Positions 8,836-17,321 of a DNA stretch of 64,000 nt are shown piece by piece. The notes beneath the pieces were generated by a model. That model made no database searches and was not told where the DNA came from. It was given only the letters and a program-made list of their open reading frames with translations. Made by a program: the position numbers and the translations under genes. How positions within the stretch are numbered: the first letter of the stretch is position 1; every line of letters starts with the position of its first letter. The DNA is from Bacteroidetes bacterium UBA1947 (GTDB taxonomy: Bacteria > Bacteroidota > Bacteroidia > Chitinophagales > Chitinophagaceae). The stretch lies in assembly GCA_002336915.1 (NCBI GenBank), contig DDET01000041.1, positions 9,537 to 73,536 on the forward strand, given 5' to 3'.

Positions 8836-8936
8836 TACCGATACTTTGTCCCTAAGGGCTACCGATATCTCGTCCCTAAGGGACTTTCGTGAATGGGGAG
8901 CGGGATGTTTTTACCGATATTTTGTCCCTATGGGAC
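8836..8936. repeat. Three copies of a repeat of about 25 nt, taccgataYYtYgtcccta(a/t)ggga(c), each ending in a GTCCC-nnn-GGGAC hairpin
   Basis: Copies lie at 8836-8858, 8860-8884 and 8912-8936. The first two are directly adjacent. Confidence 0.75.
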
Positions 8937-9122
8937 ATTAATGCGTTCCAGTAATTCCATTTTTACGAATTAGCACGTGAGGTTGGGCTAAGCCCGATCA
9001 ATATATTGATCGTATCCCCAGCCTAAAGGCCGGGGCAATTGATATGGTTGAACGAAGGTATGCGTGACCTAAATCATGGCCGCTATTTGAAAACAATTGT
9101 ACTTTAGCCAAAATTTTGGACC

Positions 9123-10430
9123 TTGAAGTTTAACCCCCAACTCGCATACGAACCGCTTTCCTCACAGGATGCATGGCAGCTGCATGCACTGAAGGAGCTG
9201 CTGACTTATTTACAGCAGCATTCGCCCTACTATAAGCGTTTATTCCACCAGCATCATATTGATATAGCCAATATTAAAAGCCTGCAGGACATCACTTTTA
9301 TCCCCACTACGTCGAAGACAGACATGCAGGAGCATAACTGGGATTTCCTTTGCGTGCAGGACGCGGAGATAAAAGAATATACCGCCACCTCGGGCACGAT
9401 GGGGAAACCTGTGACGATAGCCCTAACGGAGAACGACCTACAAAGACTGGCATACAATGAGCAACAATCCTTCCTGTGTGCGGACGGTAAGCCAGAAGAC
9501 ATATACCAGCTAATGCTGACGCTGGACAGGCAATTTATGGCGGGTATAGCATACTACCAGGGGATAAGGCAACTGGGAGCTGCACTGGTACGTACAGGGC
9601 CGGGACTACCTGCCATGCAATGGGATACCATTATGCGGCTGCAAGCCAATAGCATTGTGACCGTGCCCACTTTCATTCTCTCCTTAATAGAATGGGCTAA
9701 AGAGCACCAGATAGACCTGGCACACAGCCCGGTGAAGAAAGCGGTATGTATAGGCGAAAGCCTGCGCAACAGCGATTTTGAGCTGAATGCCCTTGGCGAA
9801 AAGATAAATAAGGACTGGCAGATAAAGCTATACAGTACCTACGCTTCCACAGAGATGCAAACGGCATTTACCGAATGTAGTGCGGGTATGGGGGGGCACC
9901 AACAGCCCGACCTTATCATCATGGAAATACTGGACGACCATGACAAGCCGGTAAAAGCGGGGGAATATGGTGAAGTGACCATTACAACGCTTGGGGTGGA
10001 AGGAATGCCCTTGCTGCGCTATCGTACAGGGGATGTTTGTACTTATTATGATTCGCACTGCAGTTGCGGGAGACATTCGCGGAGGCTGAGCCCGGTACTG
10101 GGTCGTAAGTTGCAGATGATCAAATACAAGGGCACAACATTATACCCACCGGCCATTTTTGATATTCTGAACAATATCGGCTTTGTAAAAGAGTATGTAG
10201 TAGAGGTATTCACCAATGAGTTGGGCATGGATGACCTGAAGCTGCACTTACATACATTACTACCTGTTGACGACTGTGAAATGAAGCTAAAGCCTATGCT
10301 GCAATCGAAGCTGCGGGTGGTGCCTTTGCTGCACTTCCATTCGGGCAGTGAGATGCAGGCGCTGCAGTTCCCGGCGGGAAGCAGGAAGCAGGTGCGATTT
10401 ATAGATAACCGGGAGAATAAGCTGCTGTAA
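9123..10430 (+). CDS. Phenylacetate-CoA ligase-like (PaaK / coenzyme F390 synthetase family) adenylate-forming enzyme
   Basis: N-terminal SPYYKRLF, then TSGTMGKPV (AMP-binding P-loop analogue), YASTE, and the RYRTGD motif followed by a C-terminal lid. The only in-frame start near the N-terminus is TTG at 9123. Confidence 0.82.
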   Translation: MKFNPQLAYEPLSSQDAWQLHALKELLTYLQQHSPYYKRLFHQHHIDIANIKSLQDITFIPTTSKTDMQEHNWDFLCVQDAEIKEYTATSGTMGKPVTIALTENDLQRLAYNEQQSFLCADGKPEDIYQLMLTLDRQFMAGIAYYQGIRQLGAALVRTGPGLPAMQWDTIMRLQANSIVTVPTFILSLIEWAKEHQIDLAHSPVKKAVCIGESLRNSDFELNALGEKINKDWQIKLYSTYASTEMQTAFTECSAGMGGHQQPDLIIMEILDDHDKPVKAGEYGEVTITTLGVEGMPLLRYRTGDVCTYYDSHCSCGRHSRRLSPVLGRKLQMIKYKGTTLYPPAIFDILNNIGFVKEYVVEVFTNELGMDDLKLHLHTLLPVDDCEMKLKPMLQSKLRVVPLLHFHSGSEMQALQFPAGSRKQVRFIDNRENKLL

Positions 10431-10586
10431 GACATTGTTGTTCCAGCATTCGCGCTGAACAGAACTATTTATTGAGCTTCATATTCTTGAATGCCGGTTG
10501 CAAACCGGCTGAATTTTCAGCCACGAGTTGGCAAGGCACAGTCCAGGCGCCAGACTCGCCAGCAAGTACTGACGTTTCCGGCCCTT

Positions 10587-10667
10587 AACACGTCTGACCG
10601 CAAAAAGCGGTGCTGACGCTACCTGTACTCAACGCGCCTGACCGCGAAAAAGCGATACTGACACTAC
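10587..10667. repeat. Two copies of the REP-like element aacRcgYctgaccgc-rAAAA-gcgRtRctgacRctac
   Basis: Copies lie at 10587-10622 and 10631-10667 and are visibly homologous to the copies at 11292-11420 and 13441-13476. Confidence 0.8.
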
Positions 10668-10767
10668 CCTTGTCATCAAAAAATGTGCCTAAAAAAATCA
10701 TCATATTTCACATCCTTTTAAAGAACTTTTGCAGTATATTAGTAGTACTGCTTTGGAACGCCTTTTT

Positions 10768-10803
10768 TATTTAAACTAAATAGTTCATTATTTAAACTAA
10801 ATA
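10768..10803 (+). promoter_or_regulatory. Perfect 15-nt direct repeat TATTTAAACTAAATA x2 with 21-nt spacing, immediately upstream of the ATG at 10808
   Basis: Copies lie at 10768-10782 and 10789-10803. The spacing is two helical turns. It could be an operator, or part of the leader. Confidence 0.35.
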
Positions 10804-10807
10804 ATAA

Positions 10808-11200
10808 ATGGAAACAATGGAAAAAATAAGCATTGCCCATGTGAGCAATGCACATAGCGACTGGCTGCGGGCGCTGAATTTCTACAAAGATGAGATAGGC
10901 ATTTTAAAGAACAGGCTTACCGAAATAGCCGGTAAAAACACATCGCGCGAAGTATTGCGGGACGTGGAGCATTTCGAGAACCAGTTCAAGCTGCAAAAAG
11001 ATAATATCCAGGTACTGTCGCACGACATAAAGCAGAATGTAAAGAGTATTAAGAAGCAAGCAGAAGAGTCTTCGGCAGGATATATAGACGGCGAGCTTGC
11101 AGAACAGCACAATACCTTTAACGACAAGTTCTTCGGCGAAGAAAAAATCATTAATGAGCTCAGGCAGGAATTCAATGAATTCGCTGCACAGTGGATGTAA
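10808..11200 (+). CDS. Hypothetical helical, coiled-coil-like protein
   Basis: A 130-aa ORF that is charged and helical in character (…FYKDEIGILKNRLTEIAG…HFENQFKLQKDNIQVL…). It has no TM helix or signal peptide and is flanked on both sides by REP-like repeats. Confidence 0.55.
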   Translation: METMEKISIAHVSNAHSDWLRALNFYKDEIGILKNRLTEIAGKNTSREVLRDVEHFENQFKLQKDNIQVLSHDIKQNVKSIKKQAEESSAGYIDGELAEQHNTFNDKFFGEEKIINELRQEFNEFAAQWM

Positions 11201-11291
11201 TTTTCAGCTATTCCATTCCTGGCCTGTTACATGTTCAGGGCGTTCTGCCCGGGACAGTGGGATTATTTATATCATATCGAAAGGACCCGAG

Positions 11292-11420
11292 AACGCGCCT
11301 GACCGCAGAAAAGCGGTGCTGACGCTACGAACCCCTCAACGCGTCTGACCGCAAAAAGCGGTGCTGACGCTACGAACCCCACAACGCGTCTGACCGCGAA
11401 AAGCGGTGCTGACGCTACGA
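11292..11420. repeat. Tandem triplet of the REP-like element (unit about 45-46 bp)
   Basis: Copies lie at 11292-11335, 11338-11380 and 11383-11420 and are near-identical. Each holds the imperfect hairpin cgtctgaccgc-aaaaa-gcggtgctgacg. The array ends 2 nt before the permease stop codon. Confidence 0.9.
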
Positions 11421-11422
11421 GA

Positions 11423-12634
11423 TCAGGCGGTGCGGTTAATAGCCCTTATAATTGAGCGGCTTACCAATATCAACAAAAAAAGCGTGCTTACTGCCAATGC
11501 GCCCCATACGGGTAAGCCCGGCATGGTGGGTAATGTGAGATGCAGTGTTTTTATCCAATCGGCACATTCCATTTGTACAAGGATGGCTATTCCCATAGAT
11601 GCTGCAGCGGTAACTAACAGCAATGGAAAAAAGTGCTGCATCATGAACCTGCCAAGGTAACGGGGGCTGTAGCCCATTTGCAACAGCAAACTGAGTGATT
11701 GCTGTGCTCTAGCGATGGTTAGCTCAATAAACAATATAAACACTAATGCGCCGATGCCTAATAACAAAATAGCGAGCAGGCCAGTGGCGCTGCTGACAAT
11801 TTCGACGATACCGCGGAGCCTGCTCCATCTTAATTGCTCCGAATTGGTAGTATAGTTCCTGTCATTGAGGTATTGGATGAATGCTTTGTCGGAAGGATCT
11901 GCAACACGCACTATGAGGCGAGATGGCGGCATATTTGCTTCCCTGCCGTAATTCCGGTTACAGTAGTCGATGAAGGCCTGGGGTACGAGTACGGATGTAA
12001 TACGATCCGAGAACCCGGCAACGTGTGCGCGATAGGTTACTGCCTTTTCACCCTCGCCGACTTTGAGATCGAAAGCTAAAGACTGAATGGAGTTCTCGGA
12101 TAACTGAGGAAGGCCTTTGCTTAAGGCGAAACCGTAATTGTATAAATTCAGGAACTCAGACGAAAGGATAATGGGCACCTGCATGCTTGTGGGTTGCCAG
12201 TACCAGTCCTCTGGCTTTTTGTCCATGAACCTGTCGGGCACAGCCTCCAGGAACATTTCGGTAGCGAAACCGAATGAGGCATTGAGCGTGGCATAAACGG
12301 GGAAGCGGTTTGAAGTAAGCGCACCAATATCGCGTACCTGTGGTGCATTTTTTAAGGCTTCGAGGTCGGTCTCTGAAAACAGGGTCTGTGCAGGCTTACC
12401 CATGTTCTCATCCGTCACTTTTTTGCTTACGGTGAGAAAAGTACTGCCGAGGCTGTCATTGTCCTGCTTGCCTTCCAGCAGTTGCTGAAAGTTCCACCAT
12501 ATCATCACAGAGAGCAAAAGCAAAGTAGTGCCTATACACAATGCAAGCAGTGCTGCCCAGAGACGGGAACTACGCCTGCCACGCAGCAGGAGCTTTCTCA
12601 GCAACTTTTTCCTTTTTCTTTGCTTTACAGACAT
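11423..12634 (-). CDS. ABC transporter permease, FtsX-like
   Basis: N-terminal TM helix, a large extracytoplasmic domain, then three C-terminal TM helices (the FtsX/LolE-like layout). It overlaps the upstream ATPase gene by 10 nt. Confidence 0.78.
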   Translation of the reverse strand: MSVKQRKRKKLLRKLLLRGRRSSRLWAALLALCIGTTLLLLSVMIWWNFQQLLEGKQDNDSLGSTFLTVSKKVTDENMGKPAQTLFSETDLEALKNAPQVRDIGALTSNRFPVYATLNASFGFATEMFLEAVPDRFMDKKPEDWYWQPTSMQVPIILSSEFLNLYNYGFALSKGLPQLSENSIQSLAFDLKVGEGEKAVTYRAHVAGFSDRITSVLVPQAFIDYCNRNYGREANMPPSRLIVRVADPSDKAFIQYLNDRNYTTNSEQLRWSRLRGIVEIVSSATGLLAILLLGIGALVFILFIELTIARAQQSLSLLLQMGYSPRYLGRFMMQHFFPLLLVTAAASMGIAILVQMECADWIKTLHLTLPTMPGLPVWGALAVSTLFLLILVSRSIIRAINRTA

Positions 12635-13281
12635 ATCTTTCTTGTGTACGGGAAATATTCATTCTCATCCAGATCGGCCATTATCATACCTGCACCGTTC
12701 TGCGCTACAACCTCCCCTATCAGTTCGGCAGCCTTTGCGATATTGGCATGGTCGAGGTGGCTGAAAGGCTCATCCATAAGCAGCCATTCAAAAGGTTGCA
12801 AGAGGGAACGTATAATAGCAACGCGTTGCTGCTCGCCATAAGACAGTGTACTTGCAAGCGAATCTTTTTTATCCTTCATGCCCAGCCGTGCCAGCCATGC
12901 TTCCACTTCCTCTTCAGAGGCGGTATCTGTCAAGCGGCGTTTTATTTCAAGATTCTCCCAGGTGGTTAGCTCAGGGAACAGACGCATATCCTGGAAGATA
13001 ACGCTTACATACATAGCCCTCAACTTAGACATGTTCTCTGCATTTGTGCCCGGGAACTTGAATGTGTCCCAATAGACAATGCCTTCAAAATCGGTGCGGA
13101 TGCCATAGAGGATGTGTATGAAGGTGGTTTTGCCGGTGCCTGATGGCGCCTGCAGGAAAACGCGCTCCCCTTTGTAAAAATCAAGATTTTGCTGCCATAC
13201 ACCTGAATTGTACGCGTTTATTTTGTCGCGAAGGGGTATGGGGACGATCTGCTTGAGCGATAGTTGCATAAAATCGGTCAA
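12625..13281 (-). CDS. ABC transporter ATP-binding protein
   Basis: Walker A APSGTGKTT, signature LSYGEQQR, Walker B LLMDEPFSHLD. Confidence 0.9.
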   Translation of the reverse strand: MTDFMQLSLKQIVPIPLRDKINAYNSGVWQQNLDFYKGERVFLQAPSGTGKTTFIHILYGIRTDFEGIVYWDTFKFPGTNAENMSKLRAMYVSVIFQDMRLFPELTTWENLEIKRRLTDTASEEEVEAWLARLGMKDKKDSLASTLSYGEQQRVAIIRSLLQPFEWLLMDEPFSHLDHANIAKAAELIGEVVAQNGAGMIMADLDENEYFPYTRKICL

Positions 13282-13320
13282 ATTTAATGAATCCCAGCGG
13301 GTTAATCACAACAGATATTC

Positions 13321-13404
13321 AAGCCCTGCCGGGCTTGCATTGGTTGGTTGCCGGCAGTCCCCGGATTTCATCCGGGGCTATTCACATTTAAGCCCTCCGG
13401 GCTT
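13321..13404. repeat. Cluster of short GC-rich stem-loops
   Basis: The hairpins are aagccc-tgcc-gggctt (13321-13336), ccccgga-tttca-tccgggg (13359-13377) and aagccc-tcc-gggctt (13390-13404). Similar hairpins occur at 8983-9040 and 10493-10509. Confidence 0.5.
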
Positions 13405-13440
13405 GTGTTTTCTGCCAACTCTTAATAACCACCTCCCGCC

Positions 13441-13476
13441 AACACGTGTGACCGCTGAAAGCGGTACTGACGCTAC
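13441..13476. repeat. Solitary, diverged copy of the REP-like element
   Basis: aacacgtgtgaccgctgaaagcggtactgacgctacac aligns along its length with the 10.6-kb and 11.3-kb copies. Confidence 0.75.
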
Positions 13477-13521
13477 ACAGAATTTATGTTACCGTCAAAC
13501 GCTTTTTTATTAAATTTAGGC

Positions 13522-15300
13522 ATGACAGGACGTCTTTTTGATATAGTATCGAAAAATGCTGCCGAAGAACCCAATGCGGTAATGCTGGCTGCCAAGGAAC
13601 AGGGAGCGTGGAAAACATACAGCTATAAAGAAGTGTGGGAAACTGCGCGGAAGCTATGTGGTGGCCTATTATCTATCGGGATAGCTAATGCGGGCCTTAG
13701 TCCTGAACAACAGGAGAAAATAGCTATAGTGTCGCCCAACAGGCCGGAATGGATCATTACAGATATAGGCGTACAATTGGCCGGGGCGGTGCTGACGCCG
13801 ATATATCCTACTATTAGTCCTCATGAACTTGCCTTTGTGCTCAATGATGCACAGGTGCGGATATTGTTCCTTGCCAATAATGAACTGTATGAGCATTTTA
13901 AGGAGGCATTTGCCCAGGTGCCAACACTAAAATTTATTTACTCTTTTGACAAAATAGAGGGCGTGAGTTGCTGGCAGATATTAACAGAGAAAAACCTGCA
14001 ACCGGATGAAAGTGTTATCAACCGGATATCGGCTGCCACGCTAGCCACGATCATTTATACATCGGGCACAACCGGTGACCCTAAGGGAGTGATGCTGAGC
14101 CACGACAATATAGTGAGCAATGTGCGGGACTCGATGCCTGCATTCACTTTTGCCAAGTACCAGGAACGTGCACTTAGCTTCCTGCCGCTCAACCATATTT
14201 TTGAGCGAATGGTCAGCTATATCTACATCACGGCAGGTATATCTATATACTATGCTGAAAGTATGGACACCATAGGCGATAACCTACGCGAGGTGAAGCC
14301 AATGGTGTTCACTACGGTACCCCGGCTACTGGAAAAAGTATATGAGCGAATAGTAGGCAAAGGGATGGAATTGAAGGGTGTGAAACGCGCATTGTTCTTC
14401 TGGGCACTGGAACTTGGCAAGAAATATGACAATGTGAACAAGGGAAGCGCATCGTACCGTTTTCAACTGATGCTGGCCAATAAGATCATCTTCAATAAAT
14501 GGCGTGAGGCGCTGGGCGGCAATGTAAAAGCTATAGTGACGGGATCGGCGGCATGCCAGGAGCGGCTGATACGAATATTTACGGCAGCACAGATCATTAT
14601 AATGGAAGGGTACGGGCTTACAGAGACATCGCCGGTAATTTCGGTGAACCGTTTTGAAAGTGAGGGGCGGCGTGTGGGCACTATTGGTACGCTAATACAA
14701 AACGTGGAAGTGAAAATAGCTGAAGATGGCGAAATACTAACGAAAGGCCCTAATGTTATGATGGGCTATTATAAACGGCCGGACCTTACCGCACAAACCA
14801 TTGTGGACGGATGGCTGCATACCGGTGATATTGGCCAATGGGTGGAAGGAAAATTTTTGAAAATAACCGACCGTAAAAAAGAGATATTCAAAACATCGGG
14901 CGGTAAGTATGTGGCGCCGCAGGTAGTGGAAAACAAAATGAAGGAGAGCATTTATATAGAACAGATGATGGTGATAGGCGCTGACAGGAAATTTGTTAGC
15001 GCACTGATAGTACCCTCATTTGTGCAGCTACGTAAATACCTGAAAGATAACTATCCGAATATACAGATACCCGGAGATGACGCGGCACTGGTGAAACTAC
15101 CCGAGGTGATCATGCAAATGCAGAAACAAGTGGATAAATACAATCCGCTGTTCAGCCATACAGAGCAGATAAAAAAGTTTACGCTACTACCACATGAATG
15201 GACCATAGACAGTGGTGAGCTAACACCCTCGCTTAAGGTGAAGCGAAAAGCGATAGAGCAGCGTTACAGAACAGAGATCGAAGCGATGTACCAGGGATAA
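13522..15300 (+). CDS. Long-chain fatty acid-CoA ligase (AMP-binding family)
   Basis: YTSGTTGDPKGV AMP-binding motif, GYGLTETS, then HTGDIG...DRKKEIFKTSGGKYVAP. I chose the ATG at 13522 (MTGRLFD). Confidence 0.9.
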   Translation: MTGRLFDIVSKNAAEEPNAVMLAAKEQGAWKTYSYKEVWETARKLCGGLLSIGIANAGLSPEQQEKIAIVSPNRPEWIITDIGVQLAGAVLTPIYPTISPHELAFVLNDAQVRILFLANNELYEHFKEAFAQVPTLKFIYSFDKIEGVSCWQILTEKNLQPDESVINRISAATLATIIYTSGTTGDPKGVMLSHDNIVSNVRDSMPAFTFAKYQERALSFLPLNHIFERMVSYIYITAGISIYYAESMDTIGDNLREVKPMVFTTVPRLLEKVYERIVGKGMELKGVKRALFFWALELGKKYDNVNKGSASYRFQLMLANKIIFNKWREALGGNVKAIVTGSAACQERLIRIFTAAQIIIMEGYGLTETSPVISVNRFESEGRRVGTIGTLIQNVEVKIAEDGEILTKGPNVMMGYYKRPDLTAQTIVDGWLHTGDIGQWVEGKFLKITDRKKEIFKTSGGKYVAPQVVENKMKESIYIEQMMVIGADRKFVSALIVPSFVQLRKYLKDNYPNIQIPGDDAALVKLPEVIMQMQKQVDKYNPLFSHTEQIKKFTLLPHEWTIDSGELTPSLKVKRKAIEQRYRTEIEAMYQG

Positions 15301-15426
15301 TGCCTTTAATGAATTGTTATACTGTTCGTTAAATAGCAAACAAATTTTCCTTTTTATAAGCGCCTGTTTCGCTATAGCTTTGCAAGCTTTCGGGGATTAT
15401 TTAATCCCATTTAGTTCAGCACCGCC

Positions 15427-17319
15427 ATGTCCTCAAACATACCATCTTCCGGTCATTCGGATATTATTCCTGTTGCACCGTCGCTCAGCACGGATACAGA
15501 GCCCGACGAGCGGGAACAAAGCAATTCGCCTGTAAATAAGCGTGTCTTGTACCTGAGTATGCAGGCAATTTTCAATGCCATCGTTATCGGTGTTATTGCA
15601 AAGCTGTTGGTTGGCCTCATAGCACTTATTACCAACCTTTCTTTTTACGGTAAATTTTCGTTCGAGGAGAGCTCGCCTGCAGGCAACCACCTGGGATTGC
15701 TGGTGATCATTGTGCCTGTAATAGGTGGATTGATCGTTGGTGTGATGGCCCGTTATGGCTCTCCCGCGATCAGGGGGCATGGGATACCGGAAGCTATGGA
15801 ACAGGTGCTGGTGAATGAGAGTAAGATCAAGCCTATCATTACTTTTTTGAAACCGATCTCGGCAGCTATCTCGATAGGCACGGGCGGACCATTTGGTGCA
15901 GAAGGGCCTATCATTTCAACCGGCGGCGCTTTTGGTTCTGTTACCGGACAAGTAATGCGAATCACTGCCAATGAACGAAAGATAATGTTGGCAGCAGGTG
16001 CCTGCGCCGGCATGGCCGCTATTTTCGGCACGCCCCTGGCTGCTGTATTGCTGGCAATAGAATTGCTGTTGTTCGAATTTTCTCCCCGCTCCATTATACC
16101 AGTTGCATTGTCTTGCGCTACCGGGGCGGCAGCACACTTTGCCTTGTTTAATTCAGAACCTGTTTTTGCCATGCCTGCTATACCAGAGCCCTCTAGTATA
16201 GCAATGGTCACTTATGTTCTAATGGGAGTTATCATCGGCGTATTTGCTGCCTTTGTGTCGAAGGCGGTATATGTTATTGAGGATCTGTTTGAGCAACTAC
16301 CCATCCATTGGATGTGGTGGCCTGCCATAGGCGCGGTGGCCGTAGGTACAGTTGGTTATTTTGCCCCGAGGACACTCGGAGTTGGCTATGTTAATATTCA
16401 CGACCTGCTTACAGGTACATTACCCTTGTACTTACTAGGCACACTCTCCTTAATGAAGTTCTTATCCTGGTCTATATCCTTAGGCAGTGGTACATCGGGT
16501 GGTACGCTGGCCCCCTTACTTACTATCGGCGGAGCCATCGGTGCATTGTTGGGGACGGGGATCATTGCCTTGTTGCCAGGCAGCGGCATAAACATACCTA
16601 CCTGTGCTTTAATAGGTATGGCGGCCATGTTCGCAGGGGCCTCCAGGGCACTGCTCACTTCGATCGTATTTGCGCTTGAAGCGACTATGCAAGCGCATGG
16701 ACTATTACCGCTTCTGGGTGCCTGTACCGCCTCTTATTTTATTTCCTTCTTCCTGATGCGCGGGAGCATCATGACCGAAAAAATAGAGCGCAGGGGCATT
16801 TTCACTCCGCACTCTTACGAACCCGACATTTTGCAAAAGATATCTGTATCTGATGTTTACTTGCCGGACTGCAATGTACTGAGCACGGACAATACGGTGA
16901 AAGAAGCACGTGAATGGATAAAGAGCAATACAGAGTCCGAAGGGCAGGTGACCACGTTCATTATTGTGCACAATGATGGTTCACTCGCCGGCATTGCCAA
17001 CCGTAGTGAAATATTCAGTAAGGAATATGCGGATGGGGTATTACTTAAAGAGCTCATCAAAGATCGCAGGCCTTATATTTATGAAAATAACCGCTTGAGC
17101 ATAGCTATTGATGTTATGGATAGGTATGGCATTGATCTGCTGCCGGTAACGGACCATACGAGCAATAAGATAGTACTGGGCTGTCTTTCGCACAGGGAGA
17201 TATTTGCGGCATACACGTTGCACCGTAATGACGCGGAAGTATTCAAACGTGCAATATCATTAAAACGGCATGGCATTAAGGTCATCCTGAAAGGTAAAAA
17301 CCTATTGGGTAGGTACTGA
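15427..17319 (+). CDS. ClC-family chloride channel/antiporter with a C-terminal CBS pair
   Basis: GSGIPE-type motif (RGHGIPEA), GKEGP-like GAEGPI and GxFxP-like IFGTPLA. There are many TM segments, and the C-terminal 150 aa are CBS-like. Confidence 0.9.
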   Translation: MSSNIPSSGHSDIIPVAPSLSTDTEPDEREQSNSPVNKRVLYLSMQAIFNAIVIGVIAKLLVGLIALITNLSFYGKFSFEESSPAGNHLGLLVIIVPVIGGLIVGVMARYGSPAIRGHGIPEAMEQVLVNESKIKPIITFLKPISAAISIGTGGPFGAEGPIISTGGAFGSVTGQVMRITANERKIMLAAGACAGMAAIFGTPLAAVLLAIELLLFEFSPRSIIPVALSCATGAAAHFALFNSEPVFAMPAIPEPSSIAMVTYVLMGVIIGVFAAFVSKAVYVIEDLFEQLPIHWMWWPAIGAVAVGTVGYFAPRTLGVGYVNIHDLLTGTLPLYLLGTLSLMKFLSWSISLGSGTSGGTLAPLLTIGGAIGALLGTGIIALLPGSGINIPTCALIGMAAMFAGASRALLTSIVFALEATMQAHGLLPLLGACTASYFISFFLMRGSIMTEKIERRGIFTPHSYEPDILQKISVSDVYLPDCNVLSTDNTVKEAREWIKSNTESEGQVTTFIIVHNDGSLAGIANRSEIFSKEYADGVLLKELIKDRRPYIYENNRLSIAIDVMDRYGIDLLPVTDHTSNKIVLGCLSHREIFAAYTLHRNDAEVFKRAISLKRHGIKVILKGKNLLGRY

Positions 17320-17321
17320 TC

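Noticed and set aside
11292-11420. Possible CRISPR array (regular 45-bp periodicity)
   Set aside because: The repeat units directly abut with only short linkers of up to about 8 nt, so there are no unique spacers of spacer length. No cas genes or leader are present. The same unit also occurs singly and as a doublet elsewhere, which is REP/MITE-like behaviour.
12482-12969. Three overlapping plus-strand ORFs (78-142 aa) across the ABC permease/ATPase junction
   Set aside because: They are antisense to two genes with clear ABC motifs and have no features of their own.
15301-15426. Possible fluoride (crcB-motif) or other riboswitch upstream of the ClC gene
   Set aside because: I could not find the conserved crcB-motif core, only a weak 5-bp hairpin. 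The channel also carries a C-terminal CBS pair, unlike the short ClC-F fluoride exporters.
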